From Gnetum montanum (taxonomy: Eukaryota > Plantae > Gnetophyta), in the NCBI GenBank assembly GCA_015680685.1, contig MNCI01002273.1, positions 43,018 to 107,017 of the forward strand: 64,000 bases of DNA, written 5' to 3'. Positions 63,965 through 64,000 of the stretch are shown here, one piece after another. The notes under the pieces are model-generated. The model made no database searches. It saw nothing but the letters and a program-made list of their open reading frames with translations, and had not been told where the DNA came from. Position 1 is the stretch's first letter, and each line of letters opens with the position of its first letter. The position numbers and the translations under genes were made by a program.

Positions 63965-64000
63965 GTTAGTATATCCCAAAGAAATATAGCACAGAGTTAG

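Overview
This window is eukaryotic (land-plant-type), heavily CpG/CHG-decayed heterochromatin made almost entirely of nested, degenerate LTR retrotransposons. I found no intact host gene. The labels A-I below are mine. Seven Ty3/gypsy Tat/Ogre-type elements or fragments (A-G) are present; where preserved they show pol order RT-RH-archaeal RH-INT (complete only in A) and a tRNA-Asn-like PBS. There is also a SIRE-like copia LTR (H) and a complete non-autonomous Athila-like element (I). The nesting can be reconstructed from LTR ends, PBS/PPT and 5-bp TSDs. The main result, from hand translation across stops and splice sites, is that three divergent Tat elements (A, C, D) carry the same spliced antisense gene upstream of RT; in C, the complete case, it lies between gag-protease and RT. 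The gene has its own minus-strand TATA box and a conserved 450/449/450-nt exon encoding an FCP1/NIF-like HAD phosphatase fold whose catalytic residues are largely replaced. In A and C this is followed by a plant-transposon (PF20167-like) domain, and C has further C-terminal exons. Other unusual features are an LTR with ~500-bp terminal inverted arms (B) and arrays of an AGCGTA/TACGCT motif in several elements. Domain calls rest on motif recognition, not database searches, and identities are by-eye estimates. Several exact duplications next to single Ns are assembly artefacts.
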